This document shows, one piece after another, positions 1-9,381 of a DNA stretch of 43,526 bases (its first letter is position 1; each line of letters starts with the position of its first letter). The stretch is from contig CAYHHR010000004.1 of NCBI GenBank assembly GCA_964356495.1, forward strand, positions 153 to 43,678, given 5' to 3'. This DNA comes from an uncultured Gammaproteobacteria bacterium. GTDB taxonomy: Bacteria > Patescibacteriota > Patescibacteriia > Magasanikbacterales > GWA2-37-8. Below the pieces are notes generated by a model. The model saw nothing but the letters and a program-made list of their open reading frames with translations. It had not been told where the DNA came from and made no database searches. The position numbers were made by a program, and so were the translations under genes.

Positions 1-410
1 CGATCCGACGGACACGGGCGCGGCCGGGTTGGAGACGTCGATGATTTGGAGGGTGTTATTAGCACCACCAGTATTAGCCACATAAGCATAACGTCCCTGG
101 ACGTAGATGGAGGAGGGGGCAGCGTCGGTATAGCCCGTCCCGACCGATCCGACGGACACGGGCGCGGCCGGGTTGGAGACGTCGATGATTTGGAGGGTGC
201 TAGAACCCATATTCGCCACATAGGCATACCGCCCTTGGACATAGACGGCGACAGGGCCAGAGTTGGTCCCGACCGAACCGACCGACACGGGCGCGGCCGG
301 ATTGGAGACGTCAAAGACCTGGAGGGTGCTGGAGTTGTAATTCGCAACATAAGCATAACGTCCCTGGACATAGACGGAGTAGGGTTGGAGGCCAGTCCCG
401 ACCGAGCCGA
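1..410. repeat. Coding tandem repeats (about 129-144 bp, 43-48 aa LVIVD-like units)
   Basis: 1-55 recurs identically at 145-199 and more divergently from 274. Confidence 0.9.
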
Positions 411-1038
411 CTGCCGCCGTCGGAACTTTCCCTGCGACGTGGAGCTGAGTGATGGGCGAGGTGGCGCCGATGCCGACGTTATTAAAATTAAAATTCCCCG
501 ATGCATCGCTAATCGGAATATAGGTCGAGGTGGAAGCCGTGCTGGTCGCCGCCACGCCGTCTAAATATTTCGCGTTGAACGCATACGGCGCAGTGGTAAT
601 TTGTTTTCTTGGCGCGAGAGTTTCCGAACCAACTTGAATTTCTAAAAATAAATTTTGATTGTTTTGAAAAATACTCGGATCCAGCGCGTTCGTGCCGGTA
701 TCGCCCAGCGCGACATAAAATAATCCGTTGGTCGGCGTGGTGCTCACGGCGGCCGGCACCCCGATTGTCCCGGAGGCGGTGTAGACGATGGAGCCGCCAG
801 TCAGAGAGTTATATAATTTAAATTTCATGCTCTGCGTCGTAGTCGCCGCCAGCGACCCGACCAGTAAACGCCCTTGATAGGTAATAATCGCCGGCGCCAT
901 AGCCGCGTCTGTCACATGAACTTGAGCGAATACAAAAAAACTTCCTATCACCGCCGTAAATAAGAATATTTTTAGTAATGAAAATTTTATGGACGTTTTA
1001 TTTTGATTCATGAATTGACCAAAATTTCTTGCCATCAT
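1..1038 (-). CDS. Secreted/surface LVIVD-repeat (beta-propeller) protein with tail-fibre-like N-terminal region; 3' end runs off the window
   Basis: Manual minus-strand translation is open from ATG 1038 (alternatives 1035, 1011) to base 1: hydrophobic signal-like segment (LLKIFLFTAVIGSFFVFA), then IITYQGRLL...LEIQVGSETLAPRKQITTAPYA, NVGIGATSPITQLHV, then repeats VYVQGRYAYVAN...TLQIIDVSNPAAPVSVGSVGT. Absent from the ORF track because it has no stop in the window. Confidence 0.85.
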   Translation of the reverse strand, partial: MMARNFGQFMNQNKTSIKFSLLKIFLFTAVIGSFFVFAQVHVTDAAMAPAIITYQGRLLVGSLAATTTQSMKFKLYNSLTGGSIVYTASGTIGVPAAVSTTPTNGLFYVALGDTGTNALDPSIFQNNQNLFLEIQVGSETLAPRKQITTAPYAFNAKYLDGVAATSTASTSTYIPISDASGNFNFNNVGIGATSPITQLHVAGKVPTAAVGSVGTGLQPYSVYVQGRYAYVANYNSSTLQVFDVSNPAAPVSVGSVGTNSGPVAVYVQGRYAYVANMGSSTLQIIDVSNPAAPVSVGSVGTGYTDAAPSSIYVQGRYAYVANTGGANNTLQIIDVSNPAAPVSVGS

Positions 1039-1098
1039 CCCTTCACTTATTTTGATTTCATTATACACCAAAAACTGAGATTCGGATATTACTATATA

Positions 1099-1107
1099 TG
1101 TGGATAA
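1099..1107. promoter_or_regulatory. Consensus DnaA box
   Basis: TGTGGATAA (reverse complement of TTATCCACA) just upstream of the helicase promoter; single copy. Confidence 0.5.
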
Positions 1108-1117
1108 CTTTTGCCAT

Positions 1118-1146
1118 TTGAACAATGAGGATTTTCGGACTATAAT
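1118..1146 (+). promoter_or_regulatory. Sigma70-type promoter for the helicase gene
   Basis: TTGAAC-17 nt-TATAAT, 10 nt before ATG 1157. Confidence 0.75.
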
Positions 1147-1156
1147 AACGCCACCT

Positions 1157-4100
1157 ATGACAGAAAAACGAAAAATGAATCACGCGCAGAATGAAGCTGT
1201 CAAATATACTGACGGCCCGCTTCTGATTGTCGCTGGCGCCGGGACCGGTAAGACGACCGTTATCGCCAATAAAATCGGTTACTTGCTGGAGAATGACCTC
1301 GCGAAACCGGAGGAAATTTTGGCCTTAACTTTCACCGACAAAGCGGCCGAAGAAATGCAAACGCGCGTCGATGAAATTATCGATACTGGTTATACCGATC
1401 TTCAGATCTCTACTTTTCATTCTTTTTGCCAGCGCATCCTCGAACACCACGCCATCGACATCGGACTAAGCAACCAATTTAAACTTCTAACGCCGACGGC
1501 GGCCTGGCTCCTGATGCAAAAACATTTTCGTTCTTTCAATCTTGATTACTACCGACCGCTCGGCAATCCTTACCGCCACATCCACGAACTCCTGAAACAT
1601 TTTTCTAAATGCAAAGACGAACTCATCTCGCCCGAAGATTATCTGTTTCTCGCCGAAGCAAAAGGCAAAGAAAAAGGTGACATGGTAATCGAGGAACAAA
1701 ATCGGCTGACTGAAATTTCCAACGCCTACCACGTCTACAATCAACTCCTTCGCGATAACGCCGCCCTTGATTTTGGCGATCTGATTTATTATACGCACGA
1801 GCTGTTCAGAAAACGGCCGAATGTTTTACAAATATTTCAACAACAATATAAATATATTTTGGTCGACGAATTTCAAGACGTAAATTGGGGACAGTACGCG
1901 CTCCTGAGGCAGCTGGTGATTGGGGGCAAAGGACGGCAAACCCCACCTAACCTCCCCTTGGAAAGGGGAGGGAGCCAACCACAACTAACCGTGGTCGGCG
2001 ATGACGACCAAAGTATTTACGCTTTCCGCGGCGCCAGTGTCTCGAATATCCTTCACTTCAAAGATGATTTTCCAAAGGCAAAAGAGATCGTTTTGAACGA
2101 AAATTATCGCTCTGTTCAGCCAATTCTCGACCTTGCCTATCAGTCAATAAAAAACAATAATCCGGACCGGTTGGAAGTTAAACTCAATATAGACAAGAAA
2201 TTAATTAGCCAGCGATACCTCTCTCCAACTCTCTCCTTTGTGAAGGAGAGAGGGGACAAACCCTCGCCTCCACAGAGGAGAGGGCAGGGAGAGGTTGTTC
2301 ATATCAACGCGCCGACGCTTGATAATGAAGTCGAGGATGTGATAAATGAAATCGCCCGACTGAAAAAAATTGACCGGAAGGCCAGCTGGGATGATTTCGC
2401 GATCCTAGTCAGAGCCAACAATCACGCTGATCCTTTCATCGGCGCGCTTGAGCGGCACGGTCTGCCATACGAATTTTTGTCGTCCGCCGGATTGTTCCGA
2501 CAAAATATTGTTTTGGATTGTCTGGCATTCCTCCGAATTTTAAATAATTATCACATCGATGCCGCCTGGTATAGATTATTATGCCTGCCTTTTTTAAATT
2601 TCAAAGAAAGCGATCTGCAAAAACTAACTCATTTCGCGAAACAAAAATCAATTCCTTATTATGCCGCCTTGAAACGCGGCCGTGAACTCGATTTATCCGA
2701 AGGAGGACTAAAGACGTGCGACACGCTCATCGCGCTGGCGCATGAGGAGATGCAAAAAACACGGACCGACAAGCCATCCGCCCTGCTCGTGGCATTTCTT
2801 GAAAAAATCGGCTATCTGAAATTTTTGGTCGACGAAGAAAAATCCGGCAATCGCGAGTCAAACCGGCGAACTCATCACCTGACGCAATTTTTTGAATTTT
2901 TAAACGAATTCGAAACAACTTCCCCCGATCATCGATTAGTAAATTTCCTCGAGCATTTCGAACTTCTCTCCGAAGCGGGGGAGAAGGGAAGCATGAGCCA
3001 GCCCTCCGACACGCCGGACTCGATCAATATTATGACAATCCACGGTTCCAAAGGATTGGAATTCAAATACGTCTTCGTGGTCAATCTGGTCGAGGATCGT
3101 TTCCCGAGCCGACGCCGTGGCGAGGCGATCGAAATTCCAGTTGAGTTGGTAAAAGAAAAACTTCCCGAGGGCGATAGTCATATCGAGGAAGAACGGCGTT
3201 TATTCTATGTCGCGGTGACCAGAGCGAAAGATCGCCTCTACCTTACGAGCGCCAACGACTACGGCGGCGAACGCGCGAAGAAAATCAGCCGTTTTTTGAA
3301 TGAGCTCGGCTACCACGCTTCCGATGAAGAAAAAAAGAAATTCGAACTTAAAACCACCGAGAAAATTCCTGAAAAAAAGGGTGAGTTTATTTTTGATCTG
3401 CCAAAGTCATTTTCATTTTCGCAAATCCGCTCTTATGATACCTGTCCGTACAAATACAAACTTTCCTCGATTTTAAAAATCCCAACCAAAGGCTCTGGCG
3501 TTCTTAGTTTCGGCTCCTCTATTCACAATACGTTGCTTCATTTTTATTCCAAAGTGAAAGAGCTGAACGAAGTCCAACAAGTGTCATTGTTCGACAAACC
3601 GTTGCCACAAAAAACTTCCTCAGATAAAATTAAGGTCCCGTCACTCGATGAACTGTTGGAAATGTATGAAAAGGATTGGATAGACGATTGGTATCGCGAT
3701 GAGCAACAGCGAGAATTATATTTTAAAAAAGGCAAAGAACTGCTGAAATTATTTTACTCGAAAAATGAAAACAACTGGAACATTCCGGCGGAAATTGAGA
3801 AATCATTCCGCATTAAAATCGGACCATACCTCGTGAAAGGGAGAATCGACCGCATCGACAAAAATAACGACGGCGGAATTGAGATTATTGACTACAAAAC
3901 CGGTAAAAGCAAGGATAAACTCACCGCCGAGGATAAGGAACAGCTACTGATATACCAAATTGTTTTTGAGCAGGTCAGAGAGCTGGGAGAACTCGGCAAA
4001 CCAAGTAAATTAACTTTTTATTATCTCGAAGACGACCTCAGGACTTCCTTCATCGGCGAACCAAAAGACCTGGAAAAATTACAAAAAAAACTGCTCGGAA

Positions 4101-4198
4101 CCATGGACAAAATTTACGAAAAGAATTTTACAGCGACGCCGAGCCAGTTCGCCTGCGGATTTTGCGACTTTAAGGAAATTTGCGAGTACCGTGTATGA
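1157..4198 (+). CDS. UvrD/PcrA-family SF1 helicase fused to a C-terminal PD-(D/E)XK nuclease with Fe-S-type cysteines
   Basis: AGAGTGKT, LTFTDKAA, VDEFQD, VGDDDQSIYAFRGA, NYRS, TIHGSKGLEF, EEERRLFYVAVTRA; C-terminal CPYKY, GRIDRID, IIDYKTG, CGFCDFKEIC. Start moved to ATG 1157, downstream of the promoter. Confidence 0.92.
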   Translation: MTEKRKMNHAQNEAVKYTDGPLLIVAGAGTGKTTVIANKIGYLLENDLAKPEEILALTFTDKAAEEMQTRVDEIIDTGYTDLQISTFHSFCQRILEHHAIDIGLSNQFKLLTPTAAWLLMQKHFRSFNLDYYRPLGNPYRHIHELLKHFSKCKDELISPEDYLFLAEAKGKEKGDMVIEEQNRLTEISNAYHVYNQLLRDNAALDFGDLIYYTHELFRKRPNVLQIFQQQYKYILVDEFQDVNWGQYALLRQLVIGGKGRQTPPNLPLERGGSQPQLTVVGDDDQSIYAFRGASVSNILHFKDDFPKAKEIVLNENYRSVQPILDLAYQSIKNNNPDRLEVKLNIDKKLISQRYLSPTLSFVKERGDKPSPPQRRGQGEVVHINAPTLDNEVEDVINEIARLKKIDRKASWDDFAILVRANNHADPFIGALERHGLPYEFLSSAGLFRQNIVLDCLAFLRILNNYHIDAAWYRLLCLPFLNFKESDLQKLTHFAKQKSIPYYAALKRGRELDLSEGGLKTCDTLIALAHEEMQKTRTDKPSALLVAFLEKIGYLKFLVDEEKSGNRESNRRTHHLTQFFEFLNEFETTSPDHRLVNFLEHFELLSEAGEKGSMSQPSDTPDSINIMTIHGSKGLEFKYVFVVNLVEDRFPSRRRGEAIEIPVELVKEKLPEGDSHIEEERRLFYVAVTRAKDRLYLTSANDYGGERAKKISRFLNELGYHASDEEKKKFELKTTEKIPEKKGEFIFDLPKSFSFSQIRSYDTCPYKYKLSSILKIPTKGSGVLSFGSSIHNTLLHFYSKVKELNEVQQVSLFDKPLPQKTSSDKIKVPSLDELLEMYEKDWIDDWYRDEQQRELYFKKGKELLKLFYSKNENNWNIPAEIEKSFRIKIGPYLVKGRIDRIDKNNDGGIEIIDYKTGKSKDKLTAEDKEQLLIYQIVFEQVRELGELGKPSKLTFYYLEDDLRTSFIGEPKDLEKLQKKLLGTMDKIYEKNFTATPSQFACGFCDFKEICEYRV
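1926..1975 (+). repeat. GC-rich palindromic element (family A) in frame in the helicase
   Basis: Stem CCTCCCCTT-gga-AAGGGGAGG; 49/50 identical to the reverse complement of 19198-19247. Confidence 0.92.
2217..2295. repeat. Double-hairpin palindromic element (family A) in frame in the helicase
   Basis: ACCTCTC...GAGAGGT termini and two internal hairpins; 2260-2295 is 35/36 identical to 42718-42753. Confidence 0.9.
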
Positions 4199-4488
4199 TG
4201 AATTTATTTGGCGACATCCTGAAAAATAGAAACTTAAACTCGCCTCTGGTGCGTGGCGTTCGAGCGTCGCAAATCATCGAGGCGGCGGAGAAAATCCTGA
4301 TCAGCCGATTCGGCGAGGGGATTAAAACCGCTGCCGCCCCCGCGTATTTCAAAAACCAAACCTTGACGATCGCTTGTCTCAGTTCCACTGCCGCCGGCGA
4401 GATCAAGCTCTATGAAAACTCAATTATTGAGGAAATTAATAAAGAGGTGCCCGGCGACCAGGTAACAAAAATTCGATATCTTTCATAG
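4195..4488 (+). CDS. DUF721 / DciA-like protein
   Basis: About 97 aa with the TLTIACLSSTAAGEIKL...IIEEIN...VTKIRY pattern; ATGA overlap with the helicase stop. Confidence 0.65.
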   Translation: MMNLFGDILKNRNLNSPLVRGVRASQIIEAAEKILISRFGEGIKTAAAPAYFKNQTLTIACLSSTAAGEIKLYENSIIEEINKEVPGDQVTKIRYLS

Positions 4489-4490
4489 CC

Positions 4491-4519
4491 TTGCAAACTT
4501 AATAATAATCAGCTAACAT
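4491..4519 (+). promoter_or_regulatory. Sigma70-type promoter for the mre operon
   Basis: TTGCAA-17 nt-TAACAT, 10 nt before ATG 4530. Confidence 0.55.
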
Positions 4520-4529
4520 AGCCAAACAT

Positions 4530-4928
4530 ATGTCCCTACGCTCATATCTTTTCTTAATGTCTATCGCCAGCCTGCTTTCCTGGGCGGTTTGGTTTTTTGT
4601 GGTATTTAGCATCTCGCCGCGTAACGATAATTTCATCGGGCTAATTTCTTTTTATCTAAGCCTATTTATGGCAATCGTCGGAACATACTCCGTGTGCGGT
4701 TTTCTGATCCGGCGTCTTGTCATGAAAAATGACGGCGTCGTTTTCCGGCATGTCAGGCGCACTTTCCGACAGGGTATCCTCCTCGGCCTCGCCGTCATAC
4801 TTATTCTTTTATTACTTGCCCAAGGTCTGCTGTTTTGGTGGAACGCGATCATACTGGTTGTCTTTTTCATTTTTGTCGAACTGATAATTTTTAGTAATTA
4901 CAAGCACAGTAACAGCAACTATGTCTAG
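4530..4928 (+). CDS. Small four-TM membrane protein, unknown function
   Basis: Four hydrophobic segments; overlaps the mreB start. Confidence 0.75.
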   Translation: MSLRSYLFLMSIASLLSWAVWFFVVFSISPRNDNFIGLISFYLSLFMAIVGTYSVCGFLIRRLVMKNDGVVFRHVRRTFRQGILLGLAVILILLLLAQGLLFWWNAIILVVFFIFVELIIFSNYKHSNSNYV

Positions 4929-5973
4929 TTTTTTCCGGAAATTCAGAAAAGAAATCGGAATTGATCTTGGAACCGCCAACACTCTAGTCTACGTAAAAGG
5001 CCGGGGAGTGATAATCAATGAACCGAGCGTAGTCGCGGTAAACACCAAGACCGAGCAAATTCTGGCAGTCGGACACGAAGCGAAGGATATGCTTGGCAAG
5101 ACGCCGCCGCATATCGTGACTACTCGACCGCTCACTCACGGTATTATTTCTGATTTTGAGGTTACTGAAAAAATGCTGCGATATTTTGTTGACAAAGTTT
5201 ATGAAGACAGCTCGCTAAATTTTTTATCACGGCCAAGGATCGTCATCGGCGCGCCGGTAGACATCACCGAGGTTGAACGCCGCGCGATCGGAGACGCTGT
5301 AATGAACAGCGGCTCCCACGAGGTTTGGATCGTCGAAGAATCAATGGCTTCCGCGATCGGCTCCAGAATGCCGGTCCGAGAACCGATCGGAAATTTAATC
5401 GTGGAAATGGGCGGCGGCACCTGCGAAATCGCGGTAATCTCGCTCAGCGGCATCACGACCAGGAAATCAATTAAAATCGCCGGCGATGAATTAAACAGAA
5501 ACATCGTCCAGTACGCCCGCGATGTCTTCAACCTCCTGCTAGGCGAGCGGCAGGCCGAAGAAATCAAAATTAAGGTCGGCTCGGCTATCGATCTGTCCGA
5601 ACCGCTTCAATTTCCGATGCGCGGGCGCGACCTCCTGACCGGATTGCCTCGCGAGGTCATGATCAATGACACGCAAGTTCGAGAGGCAATAATCAAGTCC
5701 CTTCGCGTAATTGTAGACAGCATCAAAGATATTATTGAGATTACGCCGCCAGAGTTAGTCGCCGATATCCACGAACGCGGGATATTGCTCTCTGGCGGCG
5801 GCGCGCTCCTGCGCGGCTTTGACCAGCTCATCCATCGCGCTATCGAAATACCGGTGCGCATCGCTGACGACCCCTTGACTTCAGTCGTGCGCGGACTTGG
5901 CATGTTGCTTGATGATGATAATTTGCTTCGCGATGTGGCGGTTTTCCCTACTATCCCCAGACCCTCAAAATAA
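4921..5973 (+). CDS. mreB: Rod shape-determining protein MreB
   Basis: IGIDLGTANT, NEPSVVA, GGGALLRG actin-like motifs; followed by mreC/mreD/PBP2. Confidence 0.96.
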   Translation: MSSFFRKFRKEIGIDLGTANTLVYVKGRGVIINEPSVVAVNTKTEQILAVGHEAKDMLGKTPPHIVTTRPLTHGIISDFEVTEKMLRYFVDKVYEDSSLNFLSRPRIVIGAPVDITEVERRAIGDAVMNSGSHEVWIVEESMASAIGSRMPVREPIGNLIVEMGGGTCEIAVISLSGITTRKSIKIAGDELNRNIVQYARDVFNLLLGERQAEEIKIKVGSAIDLSEPLQFPMRGRDLLTGLPREVMINDTQVREAIIKSLRVIVDSIKDIIEITPPELVADIHERGILLSGGGALLRGFDQLIHRAIEIPVRIADDPLTSVVRGLGMLLDDDNLLRDVAVFPTIPRPSK

Positions 5974-5997
5974 TGGCCGGGCGCCAGGGTATAAATT

Positions 5998-6801
5998 ATG
6001 ATTAACCCAAAAACACGCAAAATATATCTGGCCGTAGGGGCCGTTTTTATATTGATTGTGGTTTTCCACAATTTAGGCTGGCTTCGCCGATATGAGACAT
6101 GGCTGAGAAATTTCGCGGTCCCCGTCCTCGGAGAAGTCAACGGACTCAGCATCCAAATGGGAAACAACTACCAATTTTTTAAGAACCGCGGCGATTTTAT
6201 CAAAGCCTACAATGAATGCAGTATTGCCGCCGAGAAATACGCGATTCTAACTTCACAGCTAACCCAGCTAAGCGCCGAAAATTCCGAGTTGCAAACGCAG
6301 CTCAATTATTTTAAAAAAAATCAGGTTAAACATATTCTGGCCGAGGTGGTCGGCAAGGAAGTCCTCGGCGCCGGCCAAACAATTATAATCAACCGCGGAA
6401 AAAACGACGGGATCGCGATCAATAATCCGGTCGTGGCCGACGCGGGTATACTGATAGGGAAAATCATTAAAGTTGAGGATACGATTTCAATAGTTAGATT
6501 GCTGAATGATAACTCAAGCCGCATCGGCTCAACGATCCTAAACCACGACAAAAGTCTGGGCGTCGTCGAAGGCGGTTTTGGGATCAGTCTGAAGATGAGC
6601 CTGATCCCTCGCGATGAAGTAGTATTGGTCAATGATCAGGTCGTTACCTCCGGCCATGAGACCACGACGCCAAGAGGGCTCCTCATCGGCAGTATCGCGG
6701 AAATTGAAAACGAACCATACAAACCCTTTCAACAAGCCATCATCACGCCCGCGACTAATCTTTCAAAACTCACGGCGGTGAGCGTCCTCTTGACCCAATA
6801 A
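5998..6801 (+). CDS. mreC: Rod shape-determining protein MreC
   Basis: N-terminal TM, coiled coil, IIINRGKNDGI, VVTSG, PRGLLIG; position in operon. Confidence 0.92.
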   Translation: MINPKTRKIYLAVGAVFILIVVFHNLGWLRRYETWLRNFAVPVLGEVNGLSIQMGNNYQFFKNRGDFIKAYNECSIAAEKYAILTSQLTQLSAENSELQTQLNYFKKNQVKHILAEVVGKEVLGAGQTIIINRGKNDGIAINNPVVADAGILIGKIIKVEDTISIVRLLNDNSSRIGSTILNHDKSLGVVEGGFGISLKMSLIPRDEVVLVNDQVVTSGHETTTPRGLLIGSIAEIENEPYKPFQQAIITPATNLSKLTAVSVLLTQ

Positions 6802-6802
6802 T

Positions 6803-7327
6803 ATGCTTCTGGTTCTAAAAACCCTGATAAAATTTTGTGGGGCGCTGTTATTAATTATCCTCGCGCAAATTGTCGCTTCCTACCTTCTGCCGTCTCCATT
6901 TAACCAAATTAACCTTGCTCTTTTATTATTTCTTTGGCTAGTGGTCTACCGCGGCAACCTCGCCACCCTCTGGCTCGCCTTGTTTGTATCGCTGGCAAAC
7001 GACCTATTTTCTTCGTTGCCATTCGGATTAACCGCGGTCGCGATGATCGCCGCTGTCCTCGGCGCCAAACGAACATTTGAAATCTTCCCCAATTTTACCT
7101 GGTACAACATCTTCTTCCTCGGCGCCGTTGGAATATTTTATTATAAAATATTTTCTTATTTATTTCTTTTATCCAGGTACTTTATTTACAAAAGAACCAA
7201 CGTGATTCAGCCGCCCAATCTATCTAATCTTACAACTGAAATTTTGCTAAACGCGCTAGCCCTCCTCGCGGCGTACGCGATCTCACTTCTTTTCACGAAA
7301 AGGAAAATTGCCTATCATTCATTATAG
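6803..7327 (+). CDS. mreD: MreD-like membrane protein
   Basis: Polytopic membrane protein with DLFSSLPFG, between mreC and PBP2. Confidence 0.7.
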   Translation: MLLVLKTLIKFCGALLLIILAQIVASYLLPSPFNQINLALLLFLWLVVYRGNLATLWLALFVSLANDLFSSLPFGLTAVAMIAAVLGAKRTFEIFPNFTWYNIFFLGAVGIFYYKIFSYLFLLSRYFIYKRTNVIQPPNLSNLTTEILLNALALLAAYAISLLFTKRKIAYHSL

Positions 7328-7333
7328 ACAAAT

Positions 7334-9313
7334 ATGCCGATCAATCCATTTAAGATAGAAAAGGGGCTAACCAGCGGCGGCAACCTCAGGGGAAAATATA
7401 AAACTACCTGGGTGGAAGAATCATTTGATTCGGAAGAGGAAACGCCGGACGGATTATCAATTTCTCATACAAAAAAATACATCGGAACCGGCGTCGACGC
7501 AAAAAAAATCTGGTTTTCTCTGTTTGTCATCGGCCTCGGAATTTTTTTAATTTTTCTCAGAGTATTCCAGCTGGAAATCATCAAGGGCGACTACTACAGT
7601 TCACTGGCGGACGGCAACAGGATTCGCTTACTGCCGATTTTGGCCAATCGGGGAATTATCTACGATCGATTCAACCGCGACCTGATCAAAAACATCCCGA
7701 ATTTTTCTTTGGCAATCGTACCGCAGGATTTCCCGCGTAACGCGGCCGAGCGCGAGCAAATTCTTAACCAACTCTCACGTCTGGCCGGAATTAATCCTGT
7801 TGATGTCGAATCATTGTTAAAAAAATTCGGTCCTTACAGTTATGAGTCCATTACCATAAAAGATCACCTAGACTACGATACCGCTTTGAAACTTTATGTT
7901 AAGAACGACACCCTGCCGGGAGTAATCGTGGAAGGCGGAACCAAACGCGGTTATTATTTCAAAACTAATACCTCCTCGGAGCCGCTCCTGGTGCCAAGCC
8001 TCTCTCACCTGATCGGCTATGTTGGTAAATTGAACGACAGTGAACTCCAAGCCAATCGACCACTAGGTTATTTGGTGTCCGATCTCGTAGGCAAAACCGG
8101 CCTGGAAAAAAATTATGAATCCGACCTGCGCGGCGTCTATGGCAGAAAGAAAATTGAGGTCAACGCGTTCGGCAAGGAACAAAATGTGCTCGCGATGGAG
8201 CCGCCAACACCGGGGAAAAATCTAATCATGTCGCTTGACCTCGACGCTCAAAAGGTAATGGAACGGTTGGTCAAGGAAACCGCCGACAAAACCGGCAATC
8301 ACCGCGTCTCCGCGTTTGCCATGAACCCGGAAAATGGTGAAATCCTCGCGATGGTGAGCTGGCCGACCTATGATAATAATGAGTTTATAAACGGCATCAA
8401 CCAAAAAAAATATTCAGCGTATTTGGATAATCCGGACAATCCGCTTTTTAATCGCGTAATCAGCGGTCTATACCCGCCCGGATCAACCGTCAAATTGATT
8501 GTCGCGGCGGCCGCGCTCGAGGAAGACATCATCACGAAAAATACCAGTATCAACAGCGTCGGTGGCATCGACGTCGGCGGGACATTTTATAAAGACTGGA
8601 AAGCCGGAGGGCACGGTATTACCAATGTCGCGAAAGCGCTTGCCTGGTCGGTAAATAGCTTTTTCTACTATGTGGGCGGCGGGTATAAAAATTTCATCGG
8701 TCTCGGAATTGATCGCCTTGATAAATATTTTTCAATATTCGGACTTGGTCAAAAAACCGCCATCGATATTCCGGGTGAGAGCGCCGGGTTTATTCCGAGC
8801 AAGGATTGGAAATTGAAAGCCAAGGGCGAATCGTGGTATGTCGGCGACACCTACAATGTTTCGATCGGTCAGGGAGACCTCCTTGTGACCCCTCTGCAGG
8901 TCGGCGTTTGGACGGCGGCGGTCGCGAACGGCGGCTATCTAGTCACGCCGCATTTGATACAGAAAATAGTTGACCCGGTGACAAAAAAAGTTACCGACCT
9001 GAATTTTCCGAAAAAGCATATCGATGATATTTCAAACCGTAATTTAGAAACTGTCCGCCAAGGAATGCGCGATTGCGTCACGCTTGGCAGCTGCAAGCAG
9101 CTCGGGGCCTTATCCTTCCAAGCGGCCGGAAAAACCGGCACCGCCCAATGGAGCAAAACTCACCCGACACATGCCTGGTTTACCTCGTTTGCTCCTTATC
9201 AAAATCCCAAAATCGTGGTGACCGTGCTTATCGAGGAAGGCGGGGAAGGGTCGGCCGTCGCTGAACCGATTGCGGAGAAATTTCTTGACTGGTGGGGTAA
9301 AAAATATTTGTAA
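7334..9313 (+). CDS. mrdA: Penicillin-binding protein 2
   Basis: RGIIYDR, GKTGLE, YPPGSTVK (SxxK), SVN, KTGTAQ motifs. Confidence 0.94.
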   Translation: MPINPFKIEKGLTSGGNLRGKYKTTWVEESFDSEEETPDGLSISHTKKYIGTGVDAKKIWFSLFVIGLGIFLIFLRVFQLEIIKGDYYSSLADGNRIRLLPILANRGIIYDRFNRDLIKNIPNFSLAIVPQDFPRNAAEREQILNQLSRLAGINPVDVESLLKKFGPYSYESITIKDHLDYDTALKLYVKNDTLPGVIVEGGTKRGYYFKTNTSSEPLLVPSLSHLIGYVGKLNDSELQANRPLGYLVSDLVGKTGLEKNYESDLRGVYGRKKIEVNAFGKEQNVLAMEPPTPGKNLIMSLDLDAQKVMERLVKETADKTGNHRVSAFAMNPENGEILAMVSWPTYDNNEFINGINQKKYSAYLDNPDNPLFNRVISGLYPPGSTVKLIVAAAALEEDIITKNTSINSVGGIDVGGTFYKDWKAGGHGITNVAKALAWSVNSFFYYVGGGYKNFIGLGIDRLDKYFSIFGLGQKTAIDIPGESAGFIPSKDWKLKAKGESWYVGDTYNVSIGQGDLLVTPLQVGVWTAAVANGGYLVTPHLIQKIVDPVTKKVTDLNFPKKHIDDISNRNLETVRQGMRDCVTLGSCKQLGALSFQAAGKTGTAQWSKTHPTHAWFTSFAPYQNPKIVVTVLIEEGGEGSAVAEPIAEKFLDWWGKKYL

Positions 9314-9323
9314 TATTTACGGT

Positions 9324-9351
9324 TTGACTCTCATTAAAATTGTGCTATACT
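9324..9351 (+). promoter_or_regulatory. Sigma70-type promoter for greA-lysS
   Basis: TTGACT-16 nt-TATACT with extended -10 TG. Confidence 0.7.
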
Positions 9352-9381
9352 AAGACAATAAAAAATATCTATTATTTCAAT

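Noticed and set aside
1-410. Repeats with variable spacers as a CRISPR array
   Set aside because: Units are 129-144 bp, multiples of 3, and encode protein repeats; no cas genes are nearby.
46-821. Plus-strand ORFs 46..564 and 609..821
   Set aside because: Antisense shadows of the minus-strand LVIVD-repeat gene, which has a signal peptide and recognisable motifs.
1099-1107. Replication origin
   Set aside because: A single DnaA box in a short spacer; no box cluster and no dnaA/dnaN in the window.
1926-2295. Inteins or self-splicing introns as the explanation for the in-frame inserts
   Set aside because: Inserts are only about 12-28 codons, lack Cys/Ser...His-Asn ends and are far too short for group I/II ribozymes.
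3400-4198. Cas4-like nuclease implying CRISPR-Cas
   Set aside because: It is the fused C-terminal domain of the helicase, with no CRISPR context.
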